A stretch of DNA of 32,000 nt from Nonlabens ponticola (GTDB lineage Bacteria > Bacteroidota > Bacteroidia > Flavobacteriales > Flavobacteriaceae): the NCBI RefSeq assembly GCF_003966335.1, contig NZ_CP034549.1:1710001-1742000 (forward strand), read 5' to 3'. The notes beneath the pieces are model-generated. The model was not told where the DNA came from and searched no databases. It saw nothing but the letters and a program-made list of their open reading frames with translations. The position numbers and the translations under genes were made by a program. How positions within the stretch are numbered: the stretch's first letter is position 1; the number at the start of each line of letters is the position of its first letter. Below are positions 1 to 9,006 of this stretch, piece by piece.

Positions 1-449
1 GCCAAGTGAGTTTACAAATGAAGGACGTAGATCATGTTAATAAGGTAGGTAACCATTTATTTACTGATACAGGATCACCGCATCACGTGCAGCTTACCGA
101 TAATGTAGAACATACCGACGTTGTAGCCATGGGTCGAGCACTGCGTCATGATCTATATGGTGAGGCTGGTGCCAATATCAATTTTGTACAGCCGGTAACG
201 GCGGCGACCTTTAAAGTGCGCACCTATGAGCGTGGAGTAGAGGACGAGACCTTGAGTTGTGGCACTGGTGTTACAGCCGTGGCACTTGCCATGCATGCCA
301 GCCAGCAAACCACAGCGCATGAAGTCACCTTGCAAACGCCAGGTGGTGAGCTCAGGGTAGAATTTGACATAAATCCTAGTGGCGGTTATCACAACATCTG
401 GCTCACAGGAGCAGCCACTCAAGTTTTTACAGGAAGTATTGACGTATGA
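1..449 (+). CDS. dapF: diaminopimelate epimerase, C-terminal portion (5' end outside window)
   Basis: ORF is open to the left edge. The C-terminal domain has the second active-site cysteine context LSCGTGVTAVALA. Its stop overlaps the next start (ATGA at 446-449). Confidence 0.8.
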   Translation, partial: QVSLQMKDVDHVNKVGNHLFTDTGSPHHVQLTDNVEHTDVVAMGRALRHDLYGEAGANINFVQPVTAATFKVRTYERGVEDETLSCGTGVTAVALAMHASQQTTAHEVTLQTPGGELRVEFDINPSGGYHNIWLTGAATQVFTGSIDV

Positions 450-970
450 ACGTATTGACGACAGACATATGCAAACTTAGAGCCGTCGATCCAGAAGATC
501 TTGACTTTATTTATGCCCTTGAAAACAATCCTGATCTTTGGGATGTAGGTCACACGTTGACACCCTATTCAAAATATACTATACGAGAGTATCTAGAGAA
601 CGCGCATCGTGATATTTATGAAGTAAAACAATTGCGTCTCGCCATTTGCAGGCAAGATGATTCTATTATAGGAGTGGTAGATTTATATGATTTTGATCCC
701 TATCACAAGCGCGCTGGTGTAGGTATCGTGATTTCTAGCACCATCGACCGATCTAAAGGTTATGCCACGGCAGCGATGCAGCTCATGATCAATTATGCCT
801 TCAGGCACTTGAGATTACACCAGTTGTATGCTGGTGTCTCAGAGGATAATCTGGCTAGTAGAAAATTATTTGAAAAGTTACGCTTTCGCGAAAGCGGAAT
901 AAAAAAAGACTGGATTGCTACCGAAACTGGATTCAAGGACGAGATCCACTATCAATTGATCAATGAATAA
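446..970 (+). CDS. GNAT-family N-acetyltransferase (RimJ/RimL-like)
   Basis: 174-aa ORF with an acetyl-CoA motif-A-like segment GVGIVISSTIDRSKGYATAAM. Translationally coupled to dapF. Confidence 0.75.
   Translation: MNVLTTDICKLRAVDPEDLDFIYALENNPDLWDVGHTLTPYSKYTIREYLENAHRDIYEVKQLRLAICRQDDSIIGVVDLYDFDPYHKRAGVGIVISSTIDRSKGYATAAMQLMINYAFRHLRLHQLYAGVSEDNLASRKLFEKLRFRESGIKKDWIATETGFKDEIHYQLINE
881..896. repeat. palindrome copy 1: CGCTTTCGCGAAAGCG (16 bp perfect)
   Basis: Inside the GNAT CDS, read as R-F-R-E-S. Confidence 0.95.
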
Positions 971-2009
971 TTACAAAAAAATCATATTAGGCGTTGTGTT
1001 GTTAGGTCTAGTAGGCATGGCCGTTTTTGCTTACAATGTGTATCAAACATTCTTTGGACCCAATACAAATTTTACCAGCGAGAATTATGAAGTCCTTATA
1101 CCTACTGGTGCCGATTACAATGAGGCATTCCACATTATAGCCGATGCAGTCGAGGATCGTGACGCTTTTCACAATACCGCAGTACGTAAGGGCTATCATA
1201 AAAATGTGAAACCTGGACGTTATTTATTACGGCCTGGAATGAATAATAATGAGATAATCAATACCGTACGCAGTGTAAACGTTCCTGTCAAGTTGCGGTT
1301 CAATAATCAGGAGCGACTTGAGGATCTAGCTGGTAGAATTGCCATGCAGATCGAGCCTGATAGTTTGTCACTGCTCATGGCCATGCAGGACCCGACTTTT
1401 CTCAAGGCTCATGGTTTTACTCGCGAGAATGCGCTTGCCATGTATTTACCCAACCAATATGACACTTATTGGAATAGCAGCGCGACAGAATTTAGAGATA
1501 AAATGCTGCGTCAATATCAAGCTTACTGGAATAGTAACAGATTGCAAAAAGCCGCGCGGCTAGAAATGACACCACAAGAAGTGGTGACTCTGGCTTCTAT
1601 CGTTCATAAGGAAACTGCCAAAGTTGACGAACGGCCGCGCGTCGCTGGTGTTTATATCAATAGGCTAGAAAGTGGTATCAAGCTAGATGCAGATCCAACG
1701 GTAATCTATGCTAAAAAAATGGCTGATAACGATTTTAATCAGGTTATCAAGCGCGTTCTATATAAGGATCTGGTCATAGATCAGCCGTACAATACATACC
1801 GTAATGCTGGATTACCACCAGGCCCTATCGTTACTCCAGATTTAAGCGCTATCGATGCGGTGCTCAATCATGAGGATCATGGGTACTATTTCTTCGTCGC
1901 AGACGTGGAAAACTTTGGTTATCACAAGTTTGCACGCACATTGAGCCAGCATAATGCAAATGCTGCGGCATATCGACGATGGGCAAATGAGCGCAAAATC
2001 ACTCGATAA
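963..2009 (+). CDS. mltG: endolytic murein transglycosylase MltG (YceG-like)
   Basis: Single N-terminal TM helix followed by a YceG-type core: LASIVHKETA, RPRVAGVYINRL, DADPTVIYA, YNTYRNAGLPPGPI. Confidence 0.85.
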   Translation: MNNYKKIILGVVLLGLVGMAVFAYNVYQTFFGPNTNFTSENYEVLIPTGADYNEAFHIIADAVEDRDAFHNTAVRKGYHKNVKPGRYLLRPGMNNNEIINTVRSVNVPVKLRFNNQERLEDLAGRIAMQIEPDSLSLLMAMQDPTFLKAHGFTRENALAMYLPNQYDTYWNSSATEFRDKMLRQYQAYWNSNRLQKAARLEMTPQEVVTLASIVHKETAKVDERPRVAGVYINRLESGIKLDADPTVIYAKKMADNDFNQVIKRVLYKDLVIDQPYNTYRNAGLPPGPIVTPDLSAIDAVLNHEDHGYYFFVADVENFGYHKFARTLSQHNANAAAYRRWANERKITR

Positions 2010-2191
2010 TTCTCAAATTCGACGTTTTGCATGTAATTCATTCTCAATTCTTATGAGAATTACAACGTTTGCGTAGATTTTTCACATAATTATAGGAATT
2101 AACTTACACGTTTTAACGCTGTAATGGCGTGCCTTTGCTCGGTTTTATTGTAATATAAGCGGTATAAATAGCTGTTTAACAATATTTTAGA

Positions 2192-2219
2192 TTGTAACTT
2201 GTTTAAAGTCGTAAATTTG
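2192..2219 (+). promoter_or_regulatory. candidate Bacteroidota-type promoter (TTG-N17-TAAATTTG)
   Basis: TTG at 2192-2194 and TAAATTTG at 2212-2219 match the -33 TTG / -7 TAnnTTTG consensus. It lies about 45 nt upstream of the ATG at 2265. Confidence 0.35.
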
Positions 2220-2264
2220 CAGCGTTTTTAGAAAGAGTGACAGCAGCTTTCTCAATCACAAACT

Positions 2265-2921
2265 ATGAGAACACAAATAACTCAATTGCTAGCATATCCG
2301 TTGATATTGATCATGGGATTCTTTCTTTTCAAAAAAGATCGTGTGAGTAAGATAAGTGTTAAGGCTCACCAAGAGTCAAGGATGACTTATATTAAGAGTA
2401 ATGCAGCCTCACCTTACGGTCCATTTTTAGAGGATTACAACTTTGAGATTGATGATGTTAGAGATTTTTCTCTGGCTACATCATCTGCAGACTCATTTAT
2501 CTCATTCAAAGAAGCTCTTGCATTTAAAGAATCTCAAGGTAAGTACTGGAAAGTAAATTCCTTAGGGTATCTAGGGAAATACCAGTTTGGTATGACCACA
2601 CTCAACCAATTAGGTGTGCGTGATTCCTTAAGTTTCATGCGATCACGCAAATTGCAAGAGCGTGTTTTCCTTAAAAATATACGTTATAACCACAAGCAGC
2701 TACAAGATTATATTGATCGCTATGAAGGTCAAACGATTGGTGGTGTAGAAGTAACTGAGAGCGGTATTTTAGCCGCAGCTCACCTGAGTGGTGTAGGCGG
2801 CGTCAAGAAATATTTGCGCACTAACGGTCGTGGTCGCAGTCGCGATGCTTACGGTAGCTCCGTGCGTGGATACATGAAACGCTTTGCAGGTTATAATTTA
2901 AGTGAAGTGCTTACTAAATAG
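2265..2921 (+). CDS. membrane-anchored lysozyme-like / SLT-like protein (function unproven)
   Basis: N-terminal hydrophobic anchor. The C-terminal half has transglycosylase-like motifs FKESQG (Glu-Ser), GYLGKYQFG and GILAAAHLSG. Confidence 0.5.
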   Translation: MRTQITQLLAYPLILIMGFFLFKKDRVSKISVKAHQESRMTYIKSNAASPYGPFLEDYNFEIDDVRDFSLATSSADSFISFKEALAFKESQGKYWKVNSLGYLGKYQFGMTTLNQLGVRDSLSFMRSRKLQERVFLKNIRYNHKQLQDYIDRYEGQTIGGVEVTESGILAAAHLSGVGGVKKYLRTNGRGRSRDAYGSSVRGYMKRFAGYNLSEVLTK

Positions 2922-2926
2922 TCAGG

Positions 2927-3655
2927 CTATTTGCGCGCACCAAAGATGGCGCTGCCTATCCTAATCATCGTGCTTCCTTCTTCAAGGGCAATTTCATAAT
3001 CACCAGTCATTCCCATAGATAATTCATCGAACTGGTGTCTTGAATCTAGTAATTTTTGTTGCTTTACTGTGTCAAAAAGTCCTTTGAGAACTTTAAACTC
3101 TTGACGTACTTGGTCCTTATCATCGGTAAAGGTGGCCATTCCCATCAAACCTCTTACTTGAACATTTTCTAAAGATTTGAAAGCATCACTTGCTAAGTAA
3201 TCAAGCAGATCATCTTTATCAAAACCATATTTTGATTCCTCATCTGCGATATGCACTTGTAGCAATCCGTTGATGATTCTATCGTTTTTTATGGCTTCTT
3301 TATTCACTTCCTTGATGAGTCGCGGTGAATCAAGACTATGTATCAAATGCACATATGGAGCCATGTATTTCACCTTGTTACGTTGTGTATGACCTATCAT
3401 GTGCCACTTGATATCTTTAGGTAATAGGTCATGCTTTTCGGTCATTTCTTGGATCTTATTTTCACCAAAATGGCGCTGACCAGCATTATAAGCCTGCTGC
3501 AAATCTTGTATGGGTTTTGTTTTGCTCACAGCCACTAGAGTAGCTTTGGGTTGTACGCTTTCGTCCCGTGTCGTTGCACGGGACAAACTCAAGTCGTCAA
3601 TGACTTCCTTGAAGCGTAATATTGAAGAGGTTATATCACTCATTTTCAAATTCAT
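2927..3655 (-). CDS. yggS: YggS-family pyridoxal-phosphate homeostasis protein
   Basis: Motifs LVAVSKTKP (PLP lysine), HFGENKIQE, WHMIGHTQRNK, SMGMTGDYE and IRIGSAIFG. The start is ATG 3655 or 3643; both overlap the stop of the upstream gene. Confidence 0.85.
   Translation of the reverse strand: MNLKMSDITSSILRFKEVIDDLSLSRATTRDESVQPKATLVAVSKTKPIQDLQQAYNAGQRHFGENKIQEMTEKHDLLPKDIKWHMIGHTQRNKVKYMAPYVHLIHSLDSPRLIKEVNKEAIKNDRIINGLLQVHIADEESKYGFDKDDLLDYLASDAFKSLENVQVRGLMGMATFTDDKDQVRQEFKVLKGLFDTVKQQKLLDSRHQFDELSMGMTGDYEIALEEGSTMIRIGSAIFGARK
3554..3563. repeat. palindrome half-site TACGCTTTCG
   Basis: Inside yggS, directly abutting an 8-bp-stem hairpin (3563-3584). Confidence 0.5.
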
Positions 3656-4862
3656 ATATGATTAAACCACTAGGCAATTTGGGTCTAATATAGGTGCTCT
3701 TAGGCGGCATTGTAAGGTCGGCATCTGCAATCGACTTCATTTGATCAACAGTGGCAGGAAAGAGTCCAAATCCTACCTCAAATTTGCCGCGATCAATGCG
3801 ATCCTTCATTAAAAGCAGGTCAGACTTACCATAACTGTAATCGATGCGGCTGTCAGTACGCAAATCGCCAATTCCCAATAAAGGCTTAAGCACAAGATCA
3901 TAAAGCATCTGTGTGTCTAGATCGTCCAGTGGTGTTTTGATCTCGTGACCATCCTTGCGCAAATACAAGCTATAAAACTCACCATCCAGATACATAGAAA
4001 AATGATGTTTTTTAGATGGTTTGTAGATCTCCAATCCTCGATTTTGAATCCTAAAATGTTGATCCAGTTGCATGAGGAATTGTTCTTTACTCAAACCGTT
4101 GAGATCCTTGACGAGCCTGTTAAACTCGTAAATGTTCAGCTGGCTTTCTGCAATCAAAAAACTCATGAAATAGTTGTAGCTATCATGCTTACTTCCCATT
4201 TCTTGAGCAAGAAGATGTGAACTAGCCGTGCGATGGTGACCATCTGCTATGTATAGATTCTTTTTTTGCGAAAAAATATTTTGAATGGTATCAATGGTAT
4301 GCTCATCTGCAACTTTCCAGACCTGATGACAATTATGATCTGTAGTCATAAAATGATAATCAGGAGTGGTCGTCTTGATATTTGCGATAATCTCATTGAG
4401 AGAATCATCGTCTTTGTAGGTTAGTAATACAGGCTCTGCATTGAAGCCTACCGTATTCAAATAATCCTTGAATAAAACTTCCTTGTGATGCAGTGTGTTC
4501 TCGTGACGTTTGATATGATTATTTTCATAATCTAGTGTATTAGCGCCTGCAATGATTCCTGTGTAGCTATGGTGTGGATCTACATTTTCATAGATATAAA
4601 AGCAGGAAGTGTCTTCAGTAATGAGGTGTCTTTCTTCCTTAAATTCTAGGAATCTATTTCTTACCAAATTGAACCTCTCATTACCACTAATGTCATGGCT
4701 AAACTTATAGCCAGGATTCAAAATTTGTAAAAAGCTATATGGATTGTATTTAAGTTGCGCTTCAAGCTCGTCCATATCATAATCTTGATAAGTGCGAGAT
4801 ATGAGATGCGGCGCTTTGGCTGGTGTGGCTCTTGTAGCTTTAAAGGGTATTATGGATGGCAT
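3636..4862 (-). CDS. DUF1015 family protein
   Basis: 408 aa with an N-terminal IIPFKATRATP segment and a central YIADGHHR motif, as I recall for DUF1015 proteins. Confidence 0.7.
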   Translation of the reverse strand: MPSIIPFKATRATPAKAPHLISRTYQDYDMDELEAQLKYNPYSFLQILNPGYKFSHDISGNERFNLVRNRFLEFKEERHLITEDTSCFYIYENVDPHHSYTGIIAGANTLDYENNHIKRHENTLHHKEVLFKDYLNTVGFNAEPVLLTYKDDDSLNEIIANIKTTTPDYHFMTTDHNCHQVWKVADEHTIDTIQNIFSQKKNLYIADGHHRTASSHLLAQEMGSKHDSYNYFMSFLIAESQLNIYEFNRLVKDLNGLSKEQFLMQLDQHFRIQNRGLEIYKPSKKHHFSMYLDGEFYSLYLRKDGHEIKTPLDDLDTQMLYDLVLKPLLGIGDLRTDSRIDYSYGKSDLLLMKDRIDRGKFEVGFGLFPATVDQMKSIADADLTMPPKSTYIRPKLPSGLIIYEFENE

Positions 4863-4914
4863 GATTATTCTCTATTTGAAGATATAAAACCTGGATTTTC
4901 AGGCTTTTTATTTC

Positions 4915-5349
4915 TTAGATGTCTTCTCTCAGCGTTAGAGATTGAAGTTTGGTAATTTTATTTTGAGAGCGTTTGTTTTCAAATACGATTTCATAGAAGT
5001 CATATTCTTCCTTGTTCAAAATCTCCTTTGAGACTAGTGAATCAATAGAAGCTTTGAACCTCAAGGCTTTTTTCTCTTCAGAAAGTTTGAGACCAGATTG
5101 TCGTATATAGATGACAAATCCTCGTTCCTCTATACCGTTGGTACTTCCAGATCTAAATCCGATGAAAACATTAGAAGCACTTGCAATAGATCCAACTTCA
5201 TCTTTAAAATAGCTCGCACTATGATCATACTCAGGCATGCCCAAAGAATTTTCATCTCCAGACTTCAAGGCTCGTTTTATATCATCTCCTTCAATACAAG
5301 AGGTATTTATAACGCAGAGACCCAAAAAAACTAAAATCTTTATTCTCAT
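4915..5349 (-). CDS. hypothetical lipoprotein
   Basis: Signal peptide MRIKILVFLGLCVINTSC with a lipobox-like Cys. No recognisable domain. Confidence 0.55.
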   Translation of the reverse strand: MRIKILVFLGLCVINTSCIEGDDIKRALKSGDENSLGMPEYDHSASYFKDEVGSIASASNVFIGFRSGSTNGIEERGFVIYIRQSGLKLSEEKKALRFKASIDSLVSKEILNKEEYDFYEIVFENKRSQNKITKLQSLTLREDI

Positions 5350-5352
5350 AAC

Positions 5353-6240
5353 CTATTGAAACGCTTTTGAAATCTTTTCTGCCTTTCTAGATTCAGAATA
5401 ATCGTAGAAACCTTCTCCAGATTTCACCCCTTTTTTACCGGCCATCACCATGTTAACGAGCAATGGACACGGCGCATACTTGGGATTTTTGAATCCATCA
5501 TACATCACATTGAGAATAGATAGACACACGTCAAGTCCTATAAAGTCTGCTAATTGTAATGGTCCCATTGGGTGTGCCATACCTAATTTCATAACCGTAT
5601 CAATTTCTGCTACACCAGCCACGCCATTATACAAGGTTTCAATAGCCTCATTAATCATTGGCATCAAGATGCGGTTTGCTACAAATCCTGGGTAGTCGTT
5701 CACCTCAGTTGGTGTTTTTCCTAGCTTTCGCGAAAGCGTCATAATGGTCTCTGTCACTTCATCGCTGGTGCTATATCCACGTATGATCTCTACCAACTTC
5801 ATGATCGGTACAGGATTCATAAAGTGCATACCAATTACCTTATCAGGTCGCTGTGTCACTGCTGCAATTTGAGTAATAGAAATGGATGAGGTATTTGTCG
5901 CTAGGATGCAATCTGCTGGCGCATGGGCATCTAACTCACCAAAAATCTTCAACTTGAGCTCCACATTTTCAGTAGCTGCTTCAACCACAAGGTCGGCTTC
6001 CTTGATGCCATCTGTAAGACTTGTAAATGTCTTGATATTGCCCAATGTACTTTCTTTATCTGCCTCGCTAATTTTTTCCCTAGCGATCATACGATCCAGA
6101 TTCTTTCCTATCGTGGCGAGACCTCTATTAATATTTGCCTGTGACACATCAACAAGTGAAACCGTGAATCCTGATTGTGCAAAAGTGTGTGCAATCCCAT
6201 TACCCATGGTGCCTGCGCCTATAACTGATATCTTTTTCAT
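5353..6240 (-). CDS. hbd: 3-hydroxybutyryl-CoA / 3-hydroxyacyl-CoA dehydrogenase
   Basis: ISVIGAGTMGNGIA Rossmann motif, plus NTSS, GMHFMNP, PGFVANR and GMAHPMGP. Confidence 0.85.
   Translation of the reverse strand: MKKISVIGAGTMGNGIAHTFAQSGFTVSLVDVSQANINRGLATIGKNLDRMIAREKISEADKESTLGNIKTFTSLTDGIKEADLVVEAATENVELKLKIFGELDAHAPADCILATNTSSISITQIAAVTQRPDKVIGMHFMNPVPIMKLVEIIRGYSTSDEVTETIMTLSRKLGKTPTEVNDYPGFVANRILMPMINEAIETLYNGVAGVAEIDTVMKLGMAHPMGPLQLADFIGLDVCLSILNVMYDGFKNPKYAPCPLLVNMVMAGKKGVKSGEGFYDYSESRKAEKISKAFQ
5724..5737. repeat. palindrome copy 2: GCTTTCGCGAAAGC (14 bp perfect)
   Basis: Inside hbd (minus strand), read as L-S-R-K. Confidence 0.95.
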
Positions 6241-6253
6241 ATAATATGTTTAG

Positions 6254-6269
6254 ATCCTGAAATCAGGAT
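6254..6269 (-). other. intercistronic hairpin (6-bp stem, 4-nt loop)
   Basis: ATCCTG-AAAT-CAGGAT lies directly after the stop of the oxidoreductase gene and 13 nt before the hbd start. There is no clear U-tract. Confidence 0.3.
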
Positions 6270-7238
6270 TTATAGTTGTTTAAAATTCTCAATGATTTGC
6301 ATGGCAACATCTAGTGCTCGTGTACCATCTTCCAGATTGACAATAGGCCTGGTATCATTTTCAATCGCATCTGCAAAGGTTTCCAATTCCATCAAAATGG
6401 CGTTGGTTGCGGCGATATCTGGATTGTCAAAATAGATTTGTTTTTTAATTCCTTCGGCATTTTGAAGGATCATGTCAAAGTCACCAGGCGTTTCTGGCGC
6501 GTCCTTCATGCGTACTACTTCAACAGCTTTGGTCAAGAAATCGACTGATATATAAGCATCACGCTGGAAGAATCGTGCTTTGCGCATTTTTTTGAGACTT
6601 ATGCGACTTGCTGTAAGATTTGCCACACAACCGTTCTCAAACTCGATGCGTGCGTTGGCAATATCAGGAGTTTCTGAAATCACACTTACGCCACTAGCAC
6701 TCACGCTTTTCACCTCGCTTTTCACGACGCTCAAGATGGCGTCTATATCATGTATCATTAGATCCAGCACCACGCTCACGTCAGTACCTCTTGGATTGAA
6801 TTCTGCCAATCTATGTGACTCGATGAACATAGGATTATCGATGCGGTCGTGTACAGATCTAAAGGCGTCGTTAAAGCGCTCGACGTGTCCTACCTGGCCT
6901 TTGACATTATGCTTTCGCGAAAGCGTAATCAATTCCTGCGCCTGTGCAACAGTAACGGTAATAGGTTTTTCAATAAATAAGTGTTTACCAGCTTCTAGGA
7001 CTTTCTTGCCGCTATCATGATGGTAGGTGGTAGGCGTCACGACGTCTATCATGTCACAAGCCTCAATGAGCTCGTCAAGATTATCATAGAATTTGTAACC
7101 TAATTCTTGCTCCAACTGCTTGCCGTGCACGGAATCGGTATCATAAAATCCAATTAGATCATATCGATCGCTTTGCTGTAAGAGTTTGAGGTGGATCTTG
7201 CCTAAATGGCCAGCTCCCATGACACCTGCTTTTAACAT
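6270..7238 (-). CDS. Gfo/Idh/MocA-family NAD(P)-dependent oxidoreductase
   Basis: N-terminal GVMGAGHLGKIH Rossmann segment and the family EKP motif (LFIEKPIT). Confidence 0.8.
   Translation of the reverse strand: MLKAGVMGAGHLGKIHLKLLQQSDRYDLIGFYDTDSVHGKQLEQELGYKFYDNLDELIEACDMIDVVTPTTYHHDSGKKVLEAGKHLFIEKPITVTVAQAQELITLSRKHNVKGQVGHVERFNDAFRSVHDRIDNPMFIESHRLAEFNPRGTDVSVVLDLMIHDIDAILSVVKSEVKSVSASGVSVISETPDIANARIEFENGCVANLTASRISLKKMRKARFFQRDAYISVDFLTKAVEVVRMKDAPETPGDFDMILQNAEGIKKQIYFDNPDIAATNAILMELETFADAIENDTRPIVNLEDGTRALDVAMQIIENFKQL
6911..6924. repeat. palindrome copy 3: GCTTTCGCGAAAGC (14 bp perfect)
   Basis: Inside the Gfo/Idh/MocA CDS (minus strand), read as L-S-R-K. Confidence 0.95.
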
Positions 7239-7363
7239 GTAGTTTGTGTTTCTGACAAAAATAGGGATTTTACAGGCTCTTTTAAGTGCCGTGGCTAGGT
7301 CATTTTATGAGTTGCGTGCTGTGAATAAATGGACCAGTAAATAGCCACTGCGCTATTTAATAT

Positions 7364-8032
7364 GTGGTTTTTGAAGTTATTTTTGCAATCATCGAGGACA
7401 ATTTTATACATAAAGGTAAACGTCGACAGTTGGTGCAATTAATGCGCGAGGAAGGCATACAAGATCAAGTGGTGCTGGATGCCATCAATCGGGTGCCTCG
7501 TCATTTGTTTCTGGACAGCTCTTTTCTAGAGCATGCTTACAAAAACAAGGCGTTCCCGATAGGTGCAGATCAAACGATTTCACATCCTTTTACCGTGGCT
7601 TTTCAAAGCGAATTATTACAAGCTTTGCCCGGCGATAAAGTGCTGGAAATAGGAACTGGTAGCGGTTATCAATGCGCTGTGCTGCTGGAAATGAAATTAC
7701 AGGTTTACACAATTGAACGTCAAAACCAATTATTTAAATCAACGGGAAAGCTGTTCAATAAGCTGAAGTACCGACCTAGGAAATTCGTTTTTGGCGATGG
7801 TTACCAGGGTTTACCTCAAGAAGCACCGTTTGATTCAATTATTGTCACTTGTGGCGCCGAGAGCATACCGCAGCAATTATTGTTACAGCTAAAAATTGGA
7901 GGTAGGCTGGTCATTCCAGTAGGACAAGATCCACAGATCATGACACTCATCGTACGCAAGTCAGAAACAGAGTTTACCAAAAAGACCTATGGCGAATTTA
8001 GGTTTGTGCCGTTCTTAGGTGGTAAGGAGTGA
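7364..8032 (+). CDS. pcm: protein-L-isoaspartate O-methyltransferase
   Basis: VLEIGTGSGYQ SAM-binding motif, PFDSIIVT and GGRLVIPVG. The start codon is uncertain (GTG at 7364). Confidence 0.85.
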   Translation: MVFEVIFAIIEDNFIHKGKRRQLVQLMREEGIQDQVVLDAINRVPRHLFLDSSFLEHAYKNKAFPIGADQTISHPFTVAFQSELLQALPGDKVLEIGTGSGYQCAVLLEMKLQVYTIERQNQLFKSTGKLFNKLKYRPRKFVFGDGYQGLPQEAPFDSIIVTCGAESIPQQLLLQLKIGGRLVIPVGQDPQIMTLIVRKSETEFTKKTYGEFRFVPFLGGKE

Positions 8033-8092
8033 TTGATAAATTTACTGCTGCATCAGGAAAATAAAAATGCCTATGATGTTTTCGATGATATC

Positions 8093-9004
8093 CTAATTGA
8101 AAGACTGCCTGTATTCCAAAGGTGTCATCTCTGTCTTTCTCTTGAAAAGTTTGCCAAATGATTGTGGATGCTCAAAACCCAGCGCATAGGATATTTCACT
8201 TACAGACAGAGGCGTGTTGGCGAGCTGTAATTTGGCTCTTGAAATGATCGTCTCATGAATATGCTCTTGGGTACTTTTATTAGTTAGGGTCTTAAGTAAT
8301 CGGCTCAAATAATTAGGAGATAAGTTGAGATCGTCAGCTATTTGTTTTACCGTTGGAATACCTGGGTTCAATAGTTTATTTTCAAAACTTTCGCGCAGTA
8401 AAATCTCAAATTTTTCCAGAACATCATGATGGACCTTACGCCTCGTGTGGAATTGACGCTCATAAAAACGTGCGCTGTATGTGAGCAGCAAATCAATCTG
8501 GGAAATAATTACATTGTGGCTATGAGAATCTATATTATTTTGCAGTTCTAGCTCTATTTGATTTAAGAGGTCATTAATGAGTTGTTGTTCCCTATCTGAT
8601 AAATGCAATGCCTCGTTAAGATGGTATTCAAAAAAGTCATACGACTTCATCTTGCTAGCTAGACCAGTCTTGTAGATAAAATCAGGATGCATGAGTAACA
8701 TTTTTCCTTTATGTTTGAGCTGTGACCCATCATTGACCTCTACACTCATGTTCTGGTGTGGTGCTAGAAATGCTAGCACGCCGTCTTTAAAATCATATTC
8801 CTGCAGGCCATATTTCATGGCGCCGTTTATCAAATCCTTGAGCGCTACACAGTAAAAACCAAAAGTCATTTTTCCCGTGGATTTATACTCTTGTTGCATG
8901 TCATTAAAGTCAACGATACTCAATAATGGGTGTAGTGGACTTTTCAAACCTTTCAGTTTGTGATAGGCAGTAATGCTGGATATGTGCAGGATTTCTGTTG
9001 TCAT
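8093..9004 (-). CDS. AraC-family transcriptional regulator
   Basis: C-terminal double HTH: IADDLNLSPNYLSRLLK and ISYALGFEHPQSFGKLFKR. Confidence 0.85.
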   Translation of the reverse strand: MTTEILHISSITAYHKLKGLKSPLHPLLSIVDFNDMQQEYKSTGKMTFGFYCVALKDLINGAMKYGLQEYDFKDGVLAFLAPHQNMSVEVNDGSQLKHKGKMLLMHPDFIYKTGLASKMKSYDFFEYHLNEALHLSDREQQLINDLLNQIELELQNNIDSHSHNVIISQIDLLLTYSARFYERQFHTRRKVHHDVLEKFEILLRESFENKLLNPGIPTVKQIADDLNLSPNYLSRLLKTLTNKSTQEHIHETIISRAKLQLANTPLSVSEISYALGFEHPQSFGKLFKRKTEMTPLEYRQSFN

Positions 9005-9006
9005 GA

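Noticed and set aside
6580-7020. 146-aa plus-strand ORF
   Set aside because: It is antisense to the Gfo/Idh/MocA gene. It is Ser/Leu/Thr-rich with no motifs, so it is a shadow ORF. The same reasoning applies to 5882-6244 and 5450-5695 (antisense to hbd), 153-422 (antisense to dapF) and 22526-22983 (antisense to sodC).
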